DNA of 64,000 bases from a bacterium (GTDB lineage: Bacteria; Patescibacteriota; Dojkabacteria; JAKAPS01; JAJZLI01), in the NCBI GenBank assembly GCA_021816845.1, contig JAKAWT010000001.1, positions 326,087-390,086 of the forward strand, given 5' to 3'. Position numbers and translations under genes: made by a program. Positions 21,844 to 33,308 of this stretch are shown piece by piece (within the stretch, counting starts at the first letter, position 1; each line of letters opens with the position of its first letter). Under the pieces are notes generated by a model. That model had not been told where the DNA came from. It ran no database searches and was given only the letters and a program-made list of their open reading frames with translations.

Positions 21844-23655
21844 ATGCGAAGAATTTTCACACTCGTAAAAAAAAGTATAAGATATATTAAACACTTTGGA
21901 TTCATTGCTTTTTTAAAAAAAGCCAAGGTCTATATGAAAGATAGGGTGCTACGTAAGAAAGATAATATATCATATCAGGAGTTTGTAAAATCGGAACAAA
22001 AGAGTTTAAATTCAAGATCTAAAATATCAAAAATAAAAAAGGAGATAGAGGATTTTAGATATCAACCCCTTATATCAATAATTATACCTACATATAAAAC
22101 CCCTATAAAATTCTTAAAAGAAGCTATAGGTAGTATACAAAAACAATTTTACCAAAACTTTGAAATTATAATATATGATGATGCATCAAAAAGTGTAGAG
22201 ATTGATAATTATTTTAGAAGTATTGAGATTAAAAATTTAAGAGTATTCTACAATAAAAAAAATTCTGGTATATCTGAAACCTCTAATAACGGGGTTAAAG
22301 AGTCAAATGGGGAATACCTAGTTTTTCTAGATCATGATGATACATTATCACCAAATGCCTTATATGAAATAGTCAAAGTATTAAATAAAAATAGAGATAT
22401 AGACTATCTATATTCAGATGAGGATAAATTATCAAAAAAAGGAGAGAGGGAAGATCCTTTCTTTAAACCTGATTTCTCATATGATATGTTACTATCCTGT
22501 ATGTATATAACACATATAAGGGCAATCAAGAAATCTACATTTTCAAAGTTACATGGACTAGATAAAAGATACGATGGTGCTCAGGATTGGGATTTTGCTC
22601 TGAGACTTTATGAGAAAAAAGGACTATTTTATCACATACCAAAAATTTTATATCACTGGAGAAAAACAGATCAATCAACAGCAGATGATCAATCAAATGC
22701 AAAATCCTATGCATATAAAAGACAAAAGGAACTTTTGGAGGCTCATCTTCGACGATCAAAAATTGAAGCAGAGGTTAAAGAAGGATACTGGCAAGGATCA
22801 TATAAGATAGATTACAAAATAGAGGGCTCAATCCAGGGAGAACCAAAAGTTTCTATAATAATACCATTCCGTGATCAGGTAGAATACCTTAAAACATGTA
22901 TAGATTCCATAAAAGAAAAAACTACATATAAAAATTATAAAATTGTACTAGTAAATAATCAAAGTTCTAAAAAAGATACTCTAGATTATCTAGAAACTTT
23001 GAAGGATAGTAAATACGTAGAGATATTAAATTACAACAGACCTTTCAATTATTCACTGATCAATAATTTTGCTGTAAAAAAAACAAACAGTGATTTTATT
23101 ATCTTTCTAAATTCTGATACAAAAATTATAACCCCTACATGGATAGAGGAGATGCTTAAAATTGCCCAAAGAAAAGATGTAGGTGCTGTAGGGGGATTAC
23201 TTTTGTATAAAGATGATACAGTGCAGCATGGAGGTATCATAGTAGGCCTTGGAGGAGTTGCTGCACACTCTCACAGAGGTTTTGATGGAGCATCTAATGG
23301 TCACGGGGGACTTTTAACTCTAACACGTGATGTATCTGCCATAACTGCAGCATGCATGATGATAGAAAGATCTAAATTTTTAAATGTGAAAGGTTTTGAT
23401 GAGAGTCTAAGGATAGCATATAACGATGTAGATCTATGTTTAAGATTACAAAGAATAGGGTTAAAGAGTATATATACGCCATATATGAGGATATATCACT
23501 TTGAGACAAAAACAAGAAAAAAAACAGTAGGGGAAAATACTATTGATACAGGTATTTTTATAAAAAGGTGGAAATACTTCTTAAAAAAGGGAGATCCTTT
23601 TTATAACCCTAATTTAACCTTAGCAAGAGAGGATTATTCTCTAAGGAAATTATGA
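21844..23655 (+). CDS. Two-domain GT2 glycosyltransferase
   Basis: FLDHDD, YSDEDK, GAQDWD, LYHWR, then second GT2 domain with FNYS-x-INN, QHGG, NDVDLCL. Confidence 0.92.
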   Translation: MRRIFTLVKKSIRYIKHFGFIAFLKKAKVYMKDRVLRKKDNISYQEFVKSEQKSLNSRSKISKIKKEIEDFRYQPLISIIIPTYKTPIKFLKEAIGSIQKQFYQNFEIIIYDDASKSVEIDNYFRSIEIKNLRVFYNKKNSGISETSNNGVKESNGEYLVFLDHDDTLSPNALYEIVKVLNKNRDIDYLYSDEDKLSKKGEREDPFFKPDFSYDMLLSCMYITHIRAIKKSTFSKLHGLDKRYDGAQDWDFALRLYEKKGLFYHIPKILYHWRKTDQSTADDQSNAKSYAYKRQKELLEAHLRRSKIEAEVKEGYWQGSYKIDYKIEGSIQGEPKVSIIIPFRDQVEYLKTCIDSIKEKTTYKNYKIVLVNNQSSKKDTLDYLETLKDSKYVEILNYNRPFNYSLINNFAVKKTNSDFIIFLNSDTKIITPTWIEEMLKIAQRKDVGAVGGLLLYKDDTVQHGGIIVGLGGVAAHSHRGFDGASNGHGGLLTLTRDVSAITAACMMIERSKFLNVKGFDESLRIAYNDVDLCLRLQRIGLKSIYTPYMRIYHFETKTRKKTVGENTIDTGIFIKRWKYFLKKGDPFYNPNLTLAREDYSLRKL

Positions 23656-24929
23656 AAAAAATTGCAGTAATAATAGTTAATTATAATGGTTTTGGATTTT
23701 TAGATAAATTATTTTATTCTTTAAAAAATCAAACCCTACAAATATTCAGAGACTTTGATATATATTTTTCCGATAATGGTTCTATTGATGATTCTGTGAG
23801 TTTTGTAGAAATTTTTTATCCAAAAGTAGTAATTTATAGAAATGGAAAGAATCTAGGATTTGCTGAGGGAAATAATATTGTATTAAGAGATATATATAAA
23901 AAATATAAATATATAGTGCTTTTAAATAATGATGTTTATGTTGAAAAAAATTGGTTAAAGGAGCTCGTAAACACAGCTGAAAAATATAAAAATGTTGGGA
24001 TTGCTGGATCTAAGTTACTTTTTTATTATCCATATTTAGATATTATTTTAAAATCAAATAAAAATTATGTAGACAATAATGGCAAAAAAATTTCTTTCAA
24101 AATTAATTATATTCAGATTAATAATAATACATATAATAAGATTGTTTATAAAGATGGTTTTTACGATCCTGAAAATGAAAATGGAGAGATATTTATTCCA
24201 TCTAAAAATATGTCTACTGTATTTTTACCATTTAGGAGGTCATCTGGATATAATTTATATATTTCTATATCAGGGGTAAATAGCACAAAGAAAGAAAAAG
24301 TAGATGTTTTCGTAGGTAAAGATTTTATAGGAGAAATTCAATTAAAGAGTACTTTTGCACACCATCAACTAAAAATAGATAAAAGTATAGTCAGTAAGAA
24401 TAAATTTTTCCTAATTAATAATGCATCTTCTTCATATGATAAAGATGGATATGGGAAAGATATTGGTTTTAAAGAAAAAGATAATCCTAAGTATAATATA
24501 GAAAAAAAGGTAAAGAGTATTTGTGGGGCTTCAATGTTAATAAATACTGATGTATTTAAAGATATTGGGTTTTTAGACAAAAGTTTTTTTATGTATTATG
24601 AAGATACAGATTTTTGTTGGAGAGTAAATAATTCTAAAACATGGAATATATATTATTCTCCAAAATCAGTAGTAAGGCATATTCATACTGGAAGTAGTAA
24701 AGAATGGTCACCATTCTTTATATTTTATGTAAAAAGAAATCGTCTTCTAATGCTTTTAAAAAATGCCCCCTTGAATATTTTTATGAAAAATTTGAAATTA
24801 AGTATAAAAGAAAGTTGGGATATTTTATTATCTAAAAATCCTATTTCGACAAAATATTTAGAGGTTAAAATTATTTTAAGCTTACTTTTTAATTTTCCTA
24901 TAATTTATATAAAAAGGATATTTAAATGA
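23652..24929 (+). CDS. GT2 glycosyltransferase with internal inserted domain
   Basis: NLGFAEGNN, LLNND, FMYYEDTD; about 140-aa insertion after SKLLF. Confidence 0.88.
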   Translation: MKKIAVIIVNYNGFGFLDKLFYSLKNQTLQIFRDFDIYFSDNGSIDDSVSFVEIFYPKVVIYRNGKNLGFAEGNNIVLRDIYKKYKYIVLLNNDVYVEKNWLKELVNTAEKYKNVGIAGSKLLFYYPYLDIILKSNKNYVDNNGKKISFKINYIQINNNTYNKIVYKDGFYDPENENGEIFIPSKNMSTVFLPFRRSSGYNLYISISGVNSTKKEKVDVFVGKDFIGEIQLKSTFAHHQLKIDKSIVSKNKFFLINNASSSYDKDGYGKDIGFKEKDNPKYNIEKKVKSICGASMLINTDVFKDIGFLDKSFFMYYEDTDFCWRVNNSKTWNIYYSPKSVVRHIHTGSSKEWSPFFIFYVKRNRLLMLLKNAPLNIFMKNLKLSIKESWDILLSKNPISTKYLEVKIILSLLFNFPIIYIKRIFK

Positions 24930-26512
24930 AAATTCTAATATATAATAAATATATGTCTACAATGGGAGGGGGAGAGAAGCACATTGGTGCTGTTATGGAA
25001 TATTTATCAAAAAATAATGATGTTACAATTCTTACAGATAAAGAATTTGACAAAGAACTTTTCAAAAGTAGATTAAATATAGACTTATCAAAAACAACGG
25101 TTATTGTAAAAAAAACTAATAATAATTGGGAAGTTTCTAAAATTTCATACAATTATGATCTATTTATAAATTCAACATATCAATCAACTGCAATAGGTTG
25201 TGCAAAAAAGAATATATCATTTCTTTTTTTTCCAATAAATTTACATTCTAGAGTCAATGTAAAATACAAAATATTTTTCAGGCATTTTGTGGAGAATTTT
25301 TTATTTTTAGGATACAAGTTTATTTCACCAATTCATCCTCTAGAAAGCTATAATTCAAAATTAGGTAATTGGGTAGATTCTGATATGTTTATTTTTCTAA
25401 ATCATAACTTAGGAGTAAATAAAATAAAATTAACATATATAAACCCATCTGATACTAAATTAGAAAAAAGAATAATAAGTATAAAAGTAGGTCAAAATAA
25501 AGTTGATTATAAAATAGATAATGATGTTTTGATTATTAACATACCAAAAGTAATGACCAAAAGAGATAGTTTGCTCGTTATTAGAATGCATCCTTTTAAA
25601 CATGAAAAACTGAGTAAATTTAAAAATGTTTCTAATTCGGGAATTTTTTTAACAGATGTTCATCTTAATTATAATAAAAAATCATATATTATATTAAGAA
25701 AGTTTTTGAAAAAGATTTTCTTTGTATTAAATATTCTAAATTATATTTATAGCAAATATGAAGCAGCAAATATTTTAAATTTTATAAATTATTATGATTT
25801 ATTTATTGCAAATTCTAGTTATACTCAATACTATATAAAAAAATTTCTTGCAGTTGATTCAAAGGTGCTTTTTCCTCCAATTGATACAGATATATTTTAT
25901 TCATCTGATCATAAGAAAAACTATATCATTAGTGTTGGTAGATTCTTTTTCGGTTCCCACAATAAAAAACATTTAGAAATGATTGCAACTTTCAAAAAGA
26001 TGTACGATGCTGACAAAAACCTTTTTAAGGATTGGGAGTACCATATATGTGGTGGAGTAGAAAAGAGTAAAATTCATAAAATGTATTTTGAAAAAGTGAA
26101 AGAAGCTGCTATCGGATATCCTATATTTATACATGAAAATATAAAACTTAAAGATTTAATAATACTATATTCTGAATCAAAAATTTTTTGGCATGCCGCA
26201 GGTTTTAATGAAAATGAAGATGTATCACCAGAGAGATTTGAGCATTTTGGCATTACTACTGTTGAGGCAATGTCTGCTGGATGTGTTCCTATTGTTATAA
26301 ATAAGGCAGGACAAAAACAAATAATTGAAAATCATAAAAATGGCATTTTATGGAATGATATCAATGAATTATCAAGTAATACAATATTACTTGTACAAAA
26401 TGAAACCGAGAGATTGAAACTTTCTAAGGAAGCAATCAAAAGAAGTAAAATGTTTTCTAGAGAGCATTTTTATAATAGAACAAAGATTTTAATACAACAA
26501 TTATATAATTAG
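24926..26512 (+). CDS. GT4 glycosyltransferase with inserted domain
   Basis: MGGGEK, SVGRF, EHFGITTVEAMSAG. Confidence 0.9.
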   Translation: MKILIYNKYMSTMGGGEKHIGAVMEYLSKNNDVTILTDKEFDKELFKSRLNIDLSKTTVIVKKTNNNWEVSKISYNYDLFINSTYQSTAIGCAKKNISFLFFPINLHSRVNVKYKIFFRHFVENFLFLGYKFISPIHPLESYNSKLGNWVDSDMFIFLNHNLGVNKIKLTYINPSDTKLEKRIISIKVGQNKVDYKIDNDVLIINIPKVMTKRDSLLVIRMHPFKHEKLSKFKNVSNSGIFLTDVHLNYNKKSYIILRKFLKKIFFVLNILNYIYSKYEAANILNFINYYDLFIANSSYTQYYIKKFLAVDSKVLFPPIDTDIFYSSDHKKNYIISVGRFFFGSHNKKHLEMIATFKKMYDADKNLFKDWEYHICGGVEKSKIHKMYFEKVKEAAIGYPIFIHENIKLKDLIILYSESKIFWHAAGFNENEDVSPERFEHFGITTVEAMSAGCVPIVINKAGQKQIIENHKNGILWNDINELSSNTILLVQNETERLKLSKEAIKRSKMFSREHFYNRTKILIQQLYN

Positions 26513-26513
26513 C

Positions 26514-27113
26514 TTACAAACAGGATAGAGTAATAAAATTACTAATTTTTATAGTAGAATTATTCAATTTGTCATATAGCTTTCTATTTGAATATTTTAT
26601 ATACATACTTTTATTTTCTAGACAAGTTCCTAATATATAATTTTTGGCAACTATATTATTACCATAATCAATTGTATTATCTTTTTTGAATGGAATATAA
26701 AAATAATATGTAGAGTTAGAATTTGTTTTAATTTGTATTTTTTTCATTAGGGGAGTATTGAATGTGGTATTTCTACAATTTGGGTAATTTGAAGCACTAC
26801 TCATATTTAACTGAGGATTTATTACTGTTTTACACAATGTATAACTACTAAGAAGGTTTCCGTTATTTGAATATAGATCTATTATAGAAGGGACACTTTG
26901 ATCTGTTAATGTAAATATTTCATTGGGATAATAATGATATTCTTTGAAATATTTTGTTATTAGAGAATTGATACTATTAATACTATTTTTTCTTAGATTA
27001 TCTCTATATTGCTTACCTTGAATATTTATATGTAATATAGTAATTGCTAATATAATAGCAAAAACTACGACAATTACTGTTATGATAGAATCATTGGTAT
27101 AATACTTTCTCAT
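26514..27113 (-). CDS. Pilin/pseudopilin-like protein with degenerate class III signal
   Basis: N-terminal hydrophobic helix then RD-x-x-RK-x-x-I-x-x-I...Y-x-x-x-x-x-x-YP, late Y-x-LG-x-CLEN; no GFTLIE. Confidence 0.5.
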   Translation of the reverse strand: MRKYYTNDSIITVIVVVFAIILAITILHINIQGKQYRDNLRKNSINSINSLITKYFKEYHYYPNEIFTLTDQSVPSIIDLYSNNGNLLSSYTLCKTVINPQLNMSSASNYPNCRNTTFNTPLMKKIQIKTNSNSTYYFYIPFKKDNTIDYGNNIVAKNYILGTCLENKSMYIKYSNRKLYDKLNNSTIKISNFITLSCL

Positions 27114-27152
27114 ATAAGAGTGATTATATAGTAATTTAAAGATAAAATAAAA

Positions 27153-29777
27153 ATGATGTCGGTAATAATAATACTTTTTGTAACATTTATTATATTTAGT
27201 CTAATCTCATTTATTTTTGGTTTTCCATTTCTGTATTTTCTAAATAGAAAACTATTAGTTAAATATCCAGTGCTGGTCATGGTTACAGGTACATTATTTA
27301 TAATGTTACCTCTATATCTTATATATATCATTAACTTTGCTCCTATTGGGTGGTGGGTTTTATTAATTGTATTTATATTTTTTAGTATATATATATTTGT
27401 TAAAGATAGAAAAGTGTTTCTAATCTTTACAAAAAAAGAATTTTATTTTCCTTACATTGTAACATTTATTATTTTTATAATATGTTTAACTCCAACTATT
27501 AAAGCTAACCTTATATCTTTTTTAGCTTATAACACTGATTTAGTAGAGCATATTCATACAGCAGTTCTATATTCACAAGGAAAATATATCTTTAGTGATT
27601 ATCCTGGATACCATATATTATTGGCATTTTTCTATAGACTATCTTTATCAAGTAATATAGTGTCTTCGTTTGTAATTTTTAATGCGTTTTTGGTCTCACT
27701 TTTATTCCTGGTTCTATATTTTTTGACTAATAATCTTATTAAAATAAAAAGCTCTAGATATAAATATTTTACATATTTTGTTCTTTTTGTAATATCATTA
27801 TCTCCATTAGTTATCTGGGCATCTGAAGATAATTTTGCTCCACAATTAATAGGGATTATAGCCACTCCGATGGTTGTAGCGTTTTCTTTTCATATGATAA
27901 AAGATAAATTTTCTATATCTTCTATATTTCTTACATCATTTTCTATTGCAATAATACTATATTCCTACCCTGCAGCAGCATTATCTATAGCTGCACTACT
28001 TTTAATATTTTATATATGTCAAATAAAGAATATAAAAAAACTAATTATTCTAACTTTATTTTTAATATTATTGATAATTCCGTTTTATAAAAGTACTTCA
28101 GATTTTGTTTTAGGGACGTCTTCTAGTATTAGTAGTAAAATATCTATAAACCCTAATATATCTGGAGGATTTTTTAGAAGGAATACGCTTCCATCCTTAA
28201 TAGGTATTATACCAGTATATAGGGTGTATAATGGTCCAGATTTGGATAACCCTCCCAGGTTAAGTGTAGTTTATAACAATACTAATTTTAGATATCTTGT
28301 AAATATAGTATTCCTACTCTTTATATTTTTTGTTCCTTTTCTAATATATATATTTAGAAAAAATTATAGAATTTTATCCTTAATTATTGGAGATATCATT
28401 ATTAATATATTTGCGTATTTTCATATATCTCCATATGGTGATTTTAAAGTTATATCTTTTAATGTTTTTGTATTACCGTTTATTTTAGTGCTATCCATTT
28501 TCTATCTTAATAAAAATACTAATGTTTTCCATAGAGTACTAAGGAATATAGCTTTTATACTATTAGTATTATTTCTATTCTTGTCTTTACTTGCGAGTTT
28601 CTTGATGATAATAGATACAACGCATGTAGTTATACAGCAAAAAGCAGTAAATTCTTTATATAACAAAGTAAATTCTATCATACCCAAAGGATCAAAAGTA
28701 TTATTTATTGATAGTAACCTTAACAATGAAATTATATTCAAATCTTTGATGCATAATTATAATGTTTTTGAATACAATAACTTTAATAGTTCTACTAAGT
28801 CTCTAAAAAAACTTGGGTTAGGAAAAAACAGTATCATAGATAATTATGTGACTACAAATATGAATATTTATAAAAATATTCTTCAATACAAATATATTAT
28901 TATTAATAGTCATTACATGGATAATTATCAACAATTTCTATTACCAGAAAATTTTATTTTCCAAAGTAATATAGCTGGTTATGATGTCTTTAAGAATATA
29001 TATATTAATTATACATACATAAATTTAGAAAAGGTGAATAATTTAGGGGTGAATCAACCATATATTATAAATAAATCTTTAGATCTAAACAATATATTAA
29101 ATATAAAAAATATTAATAATAGTCATAGTGTAGTACTATCTTTAATGTCATTTGGTGGTAACAATATTAATGTGGGTAACAAAAGTATAGTGTTAAATAA
29201 TGGATACAAAATAGTAAAATTGGATAATTCTTATTTGAATAAAGAATTAACTTTTGATAACAAAAATCCTATTTTGCTTTATAATATATCTATATTGAAT
29301 AAAAAACAATTAGCTTTTCTAGGTTTATATACTAGAACAACTTTAAATTTATATAACCATTTTATAATACCTAATATTTTGAACAATAATTTAAATATTA
29401 AAGTTGGGACTATATATGATAGAGCTTACCTAGGTTGGTTTAGAAATATGCATTCATTTGGAGGAGACAGTACATATAGATTTTCTAAAATAAATTCAAT
29501 TTTATCAGTCCCAATTAGAGGAAATTATTCAAAGTTGAACCTTAATATTAACATGGGAATGTTTGGGTTATCAAATAGATATACGGATATAATACTATCA
29601 ACCAATAAATGTAGAAATATTCATTCATATTTATTAAATAGTAATGATAAAGTAAACAGTTTCAAATTATCTATCCCTGAAAATTGTATACCAAATAACT
29701 ATTTAGAATTATATTTTCAAAATGTTCATTATGGAAACCAGGTTCTATTTACAAATATATCTATAAGTAAAAATTAA
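27153..29777 (+). CDS. Large polytopic membrane protein, probable GT-C glycosyltransferase
   Basis: Many TM helices; D-x-x-x-H and YPGYH in the first loop; Asn-rich extracellular C-terminus. Confidence 0.65.
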   Translation: MMSVIIILFVTFIIFSLISFIFGFPFLYFLNRKLLVKYPVLVMVTGTLFIMLPLYLIYIINFAPIGWWVLLIVFIFFSIYIFVKDRKVFLIFTKKEFYFPYIVTFIIFIICLTPTIKANLISFLAYNTDLVEHIHTAVLYSQGKYIFSDYPGYHILLAFFYRLSLSSNIVSSFVIFNAFLVSLLFLVLYFLTNNLIKIKSSRYKYFTYFVLFVISLSPLVIWASEDNFAPQLIGIIATPMVVAFSFHMIKDKFSISSIFLTSFSIAIILYSYPAAALSIAALLLIFYICQIKNIKKLIILTLFLILLIIPFYKSTSDFVLGTSSSISSKISINPNISGGFFRRNTLPSLIGIIPVYRVYNGPDLDNPPRLSVVYNNTNFRYLVNIVFLLFIFFVPFLIYIFRKNYRILSLIIGDIIINIFAYFHISPYGDFKVISFNVFVLPFILVLSIFYLNKNTNVFHRVLRNIAFILLVLFLFLSLLASFLMIIDTTHVVIQQKAVNSLYNKVNSIIPKGSKVLFIDSNLNNEIIFKSLMHNYNVFEYNNFNSSTKSLKKLGLGKNSIIDNYVTTNMNIYKNILQYKYIIINSHYMDNYQQFLLPENFIFQSNIAGYDVFKNIYINYTYINLEKVNNLGVNQPYIINKSLDLNNILNIKNINNSHSVVLSLMSFGGNNINVGNKSIVLNNGYKIVKLDNSYLNKELTFDNKNPILLYNISILNKKQLAFLGLYTRTTLNLYNHFIIPNILNNNLNIKVGTIYDRAYLGWFRNMHSFGGDSTYRFSKINSILSVPIRGNYSKLNLNINMGMFGLSNRYTDIILSTNKCRNIHSYLLNSNDKVNSFKLSIPENCIPNNYLELYFQNVHYGNQVLFTNISISKN

Positions 29778-29875
29778 TAACAAATATAGTGGATAGTTCT
29801 CAGTTAGAATATTTTTATTAAAGTTTTAATATTTTTAGACACCTAAAGTTAATTTAATGTTATAATCATTATTAT

Positions 29876-29944
29876 ATGAGAATAGCAATATTAACTCCAA
29901 CTTTTTCAAAATTTAGTGGTATAGATAGGGTTGTAGAAATATAG
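29876..29944 (+). pseudogene. N-terminal remnant of a GT4 glycosyltransferase
   Basis: MRIAILTPTFSKFSGIDRVVEI* is a typical GT4 first strand plus G-x-x-RVV; preceded by TATAAT; stops after 22 aa. Confidence 0.65.
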
Positions 29945-29966
29945 ATTGGCTATGGATTTTACAAAT

Positions 29967-31148
29967 ATGAGTAATAAGAAAATAATGTATATTCATTGGT
30001 TATATAAACCCTATGTAATTGGTGGAGGAGAAACATATCTAGAAAATTTAATAGAGTATCAGCTAAAGAATACTTCCAATAGAATAATATTATTAACGAG
30101 TAAGCCATTTAAAAGCTTCAAAGATTTATTTCCAGCAAAGTATCAAGAAGGTGATAGGTTTATAATTTATAGGTATTATCCTTTAAATATCTATTTTGGA
30201 GGTAATACTAATAATAAACCATTTATTTTTAAAGTTGTTTGGTATTTTTTTAATATTTGGAACATACATCAATATTTAGTTACTAAAAAAGTCTTGGAAA
30301 TAGAAAAACCTGACTTTGTACATTTAACAAGCTCTCATAGTGGAGCAGTATTTTCTGCAATTAAAAAATATAGAACGTTGCTAACTATTCATGCTTATGA
30401 ATTAATACCGTATCCTTTTTTAAAAAGTAAAAAGAAGAATATATTGGTTGAAATATATATAAAAATTAAAAGATTTCAGACTAAGCAGATTAATACTGTA
30501 ATTTTTCCTTCTAAATTTATATCTAACTATCATAGTACTTATAAATTTTTTCCAAAATCTCAAAAACATGTTATTTATAATGGAATAAATATACCATCTA
30601 AGGTGAAATTAAAAGATACATATATGAGTAAAGATATAGTTTTTATGGGACAATTAGAAGAGTACAAGGGATTAAGGGTTTTGATTGAATGGGCATTAAA
30701 ATATATTAATGATTATGGATATATATTACATATTTTAGGTAAGGGTAGTATGGGAGAATATATAAAAGATGTTATACCTAAGAATGATAATATTATTTTT
30801 GATGGATTTATTAATAATAATAGAAGATTTAACATTCTATCGAGTGCCAAATTTTTTATATTACCATCGATATTTTTAGAGAATAACCCGATGTCAATAT
30901 TAGAATCTTTAAGTTTTGGGACTCCAGTAATAGCAAATAATGTGGGGGGTGTATCAGAACTAATAAAAGATGATGAGACGGGATTCTTAATTAATGATTT
31001 AAATATAATAAATCTCAATAAGGTAATAAAGAAAATCAGCTTTATAGATGAGAAAAGATATAATAATATGAAGAAAAAATGCTTTGATCTATCTAAGGAA
31101 TATAGCATTGATAAAAATATGAAAAAAGTACTTGAATTATATAAATAA
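29967..31148 (+). CDS. GT4 glycosyltransferase
   Basis: GGGE, GQLEEYKG, ENNPMSILES, GTPVIANNVGG. Confidence 0.9.
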   Translation: MSNKKIMYIHWLYKPYVIGGGETYLENLIEYQLKNTSNRIILLTSKPFKSFKDLFPAKYQEGDRFIIYRYYPLNIYFGGNTNNKPFIFKVVWYFFNIWNIHQYLVTKKVLEIEKPDFVHLTSSHSGAVFSAIKKYRTLLTIHAYELIPYPFLKSKKKNILVEIYIKIKRFQTKQINTVIFPSKFISNYHSTYKFFPKSQKHVIYNGINIPSKVKLKDTYMSKDIVFMGQLEEYKGLRVLIEWALKYINDYGYILHILGKGSMGEYIKDVIPKNDNIIFDGFINNNRRFNILSSAKFFILPSIFLENNPMSILESLSFGTPVIANNVGGVSELIKDDETGFLINDLNIINLNKVIKKISFIDEKRYNNMKKKCFDLSKEYSIDKNMKKVLELYK

Positions 31149-31153
31149 AAATT

Positions 31154-32158
31154 ATGCCTAAAGTTTCAATAATAACAATCAATTATAATGGTCTTGAGGA
31201 TACTATTGGATGTTTAGAATCTCTAAAAAAAATAACATACCCTAATTATGAGGTTTTTGTTGTTGATAACGCATCAAAAAATAGAGAAGGTGAGAAATTA
31301 AAAAATAAATTTGGTAATTATATTAATTTAATTCAGAGTGATAAAAATTTAGGATTTTCAGGAGGTAATAATCTTGCTATTAGGGAAGTTATTAAAGAAG
31401 AAAAATCAAAATATATTTGTTTATTGAATAATGATACTATAGTTGAGAGAGATTTTTTAGACTATTTAGTTACTACAGCCGAAAAAAATAGAGAAATATG
31501 CTCTGTATCACCACAAATCTTAAAATATTATGATAGGAACAAAATAGATAGCCTTGGGATGTCCTACTATAAGAGTGGTTTAGTTTTTAAGATTAACAAT
31601 AATAAACTCAAAAATTCTATATTAGAAGATAAATTATTTACTGCGAATGGTAGCTGTGGACTATATAGCATAAATTCACTAAAGGATATTTGTTATGATA
31701 ATCAATATTTTGACGAAGATTTCTTTATGTACTCAGAAGAATTAGATTTAGGATTTAGATTGATACATGCTGGTTATTATCCATCTTATAATATAAAGTC
31801 AATTATATATCATAAGGTTGGGTCTTCTCTGGGAGGAGATAATAGTAATTTTTCCAGATATTATACTGTACGTAATACTTTCTTTGTTATCTATAAAAAT
31901 TATCCTACGTATTTTTTATTTAAATACTTTGTATCAATATTAATTATGCAATTTGCAATGTTCATGTTATATATTAAGAGAGGGAAATTAAGGTTATTCA
32001 TAAGATCATATAAAGATATGTTTTATATGGTATCTATAATGTATAAAAAAAGAAAATATATATTAAAAAATTCCAAAGTAGGGAATATGGGTTTATTAAA
32101 ATATTTTGAGAAATCTGTTTTTCCAATTAAATATTCTTATTTTATAAAAGAAAAATAA
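31154..32158 (+). CDS. GT2 glycosyltransferase
   Basis: NLGFSGGNN, LLNNDT, FMYSEELD. Confidence 0.9.
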   Translation: MPKVSIITINYNGLEDTIGCLESLKKITYPNYEVFVVDNASKNREGEKLKNKFGNYINLIQSDKNLGFSGGNNLAIREVIKEEKSKYICLLNNDTIVERDFLDYLVTTAEKNREICSVSPQILKYYDRNKIDSLGMSYYKSGLVFKINNNKLKNSILEDKLFTANGSCGLYSINSLKDICYDNQYFDEDFFMYSEELDLGFRLIHAGYYPSYNIKSIIYHKVGSSLGGDNSNFSRYYTVRNTFFVIYKNYPTYFLFKYFVSILIMQFAMFMLYIKRGKLRLFIRSYKDMFYMVSIMYKKRKYILKNSKVGNMGLLKYFEKSVFPIKYSYFIKEK

Positions 32159-32170
32159 ATAAGTGATTAC

Positions 32171-33304
32171 CTATACAATAGGTAATCTATTTAATTTTAA
32201 ATTAAACTCCTCTATTGTATATTTATTAGAATCTCTTTGGGCATTGATAGCAACTTCTATATCATAATTTTTAATTATCCTTAAAGTTTTATTTATAAGT
32301 TCCTTTTCTGTATCCCACATGAATCCATTTATGTTGTTATTTATAATTTCCTTTTGCCCACCTTTATTAATAACTATTGGTATACAAGCAAAATACATAG
32401 ATTCAATAGTAGTCATTCCAAAATGTTCCATCTTTTCTGGGTATTTTTTTTCGTCTATCCCATATCCAGTAGCATGCCAATATATCTTAGAAATTTTATA
32501 AAACTTTATTATCTCCTCAATGGGCATATTTTGCTTTATGTCTATATTATAACTTTCTGCTAATTTTTTGAGTGTATTTAAATATGAAGTGTCCTCCTTT
32601 TTCACTGCTCCTATTAAAACTAGTTTCCATTTTTTAGTGTAAGGATACAAATCATTCATTTTTTTGAATGTTTTTATGAGTGTTATTTGTTTCTTATTAT
32701 GACCTTCCTTGGTGAATCTGCCAACTGAAAGGATTATATTTTTCTTATTTTTCAATAATTCTTTAATATCAATCTTATTCTCTTTGAAATATATAGGAGG
32801 AGTAATAATTATTGGTTCTATATCATATAGATCTTTGATGTATCCAGCAGTGAAATCGGAATTAGCTATATAAATTCTTTTCCTTTTAATTCTTTGTAAA
32901 TATAGAAGCAGTTTTTTTATTAAAGTATTAGCTTTTATAGGAAACTGAACCATATAAATATTTATATGTGAAAGCATTGGTAATGGGATGTCATTTGTAA
33001 GATATATGGTTACATAAAAAAATTTTGAATAGATAATTAATCTAAAAATACTAATATAATTCTTTATTTTATGATCTTTAATCTGAAATGCTGTATCGAA
33101 GTACTTAAATTTTGTATTAGAATTAAACTCAATTTGAAATCTCTCTTTGTATTTTTCAATAATATTATCTTTTGTATTACCACGTGGGACTACAAATGTT
33201 ATCTGATATTTATCTTTTAGATAGTTATACATACAACCAATATATTTTTCTCCCCCTCCCCATGTATTAATATATGGATCAATTATCAATAATTTTTTCT
33301 TCAT
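32171..33304 (-). CDS. GT4 glycosyltransferase (paralog of 24926)
   Basis: WGGGEKY, SVGRF, HNKKQ, EHFGMTTIES. Confidence 0.9.
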   Translation of the reverse strand: MKKKLLIIDPYINTWGGGEKYIGCMYNYLKDKYQITFVVPRGNTKDNIIEKYKERFQIEFNSNTKFKYFDTAFQIKDHKIKNYISIFRLIIYSKFFYVTIYLTNDIPLPMLSHINIYMVQFPIKANTLIKKLLLYLQRIKRKRIYIANSDFTAGYIKDLYDIEPIIITPPIYFKENKIDIKELLKNKKNIILSVGRFTKEGHNKKQITLIKTFKKMNDLYPYTKKWKLVLIGAVKKEDTSYLNTLKKLAESYNIDIKQNMPIEEIIKFYKISKIYWHATGYGIDEKKYPEKMEHFGMTTIESMYFACIPIVINKGGQKEIINNNINGFMWDTEKELINKTLRIIKNYDIEVAINAQRDSNKYTIEEFNLKLNRLPIV

Positions 33305-33308
33305 AGTA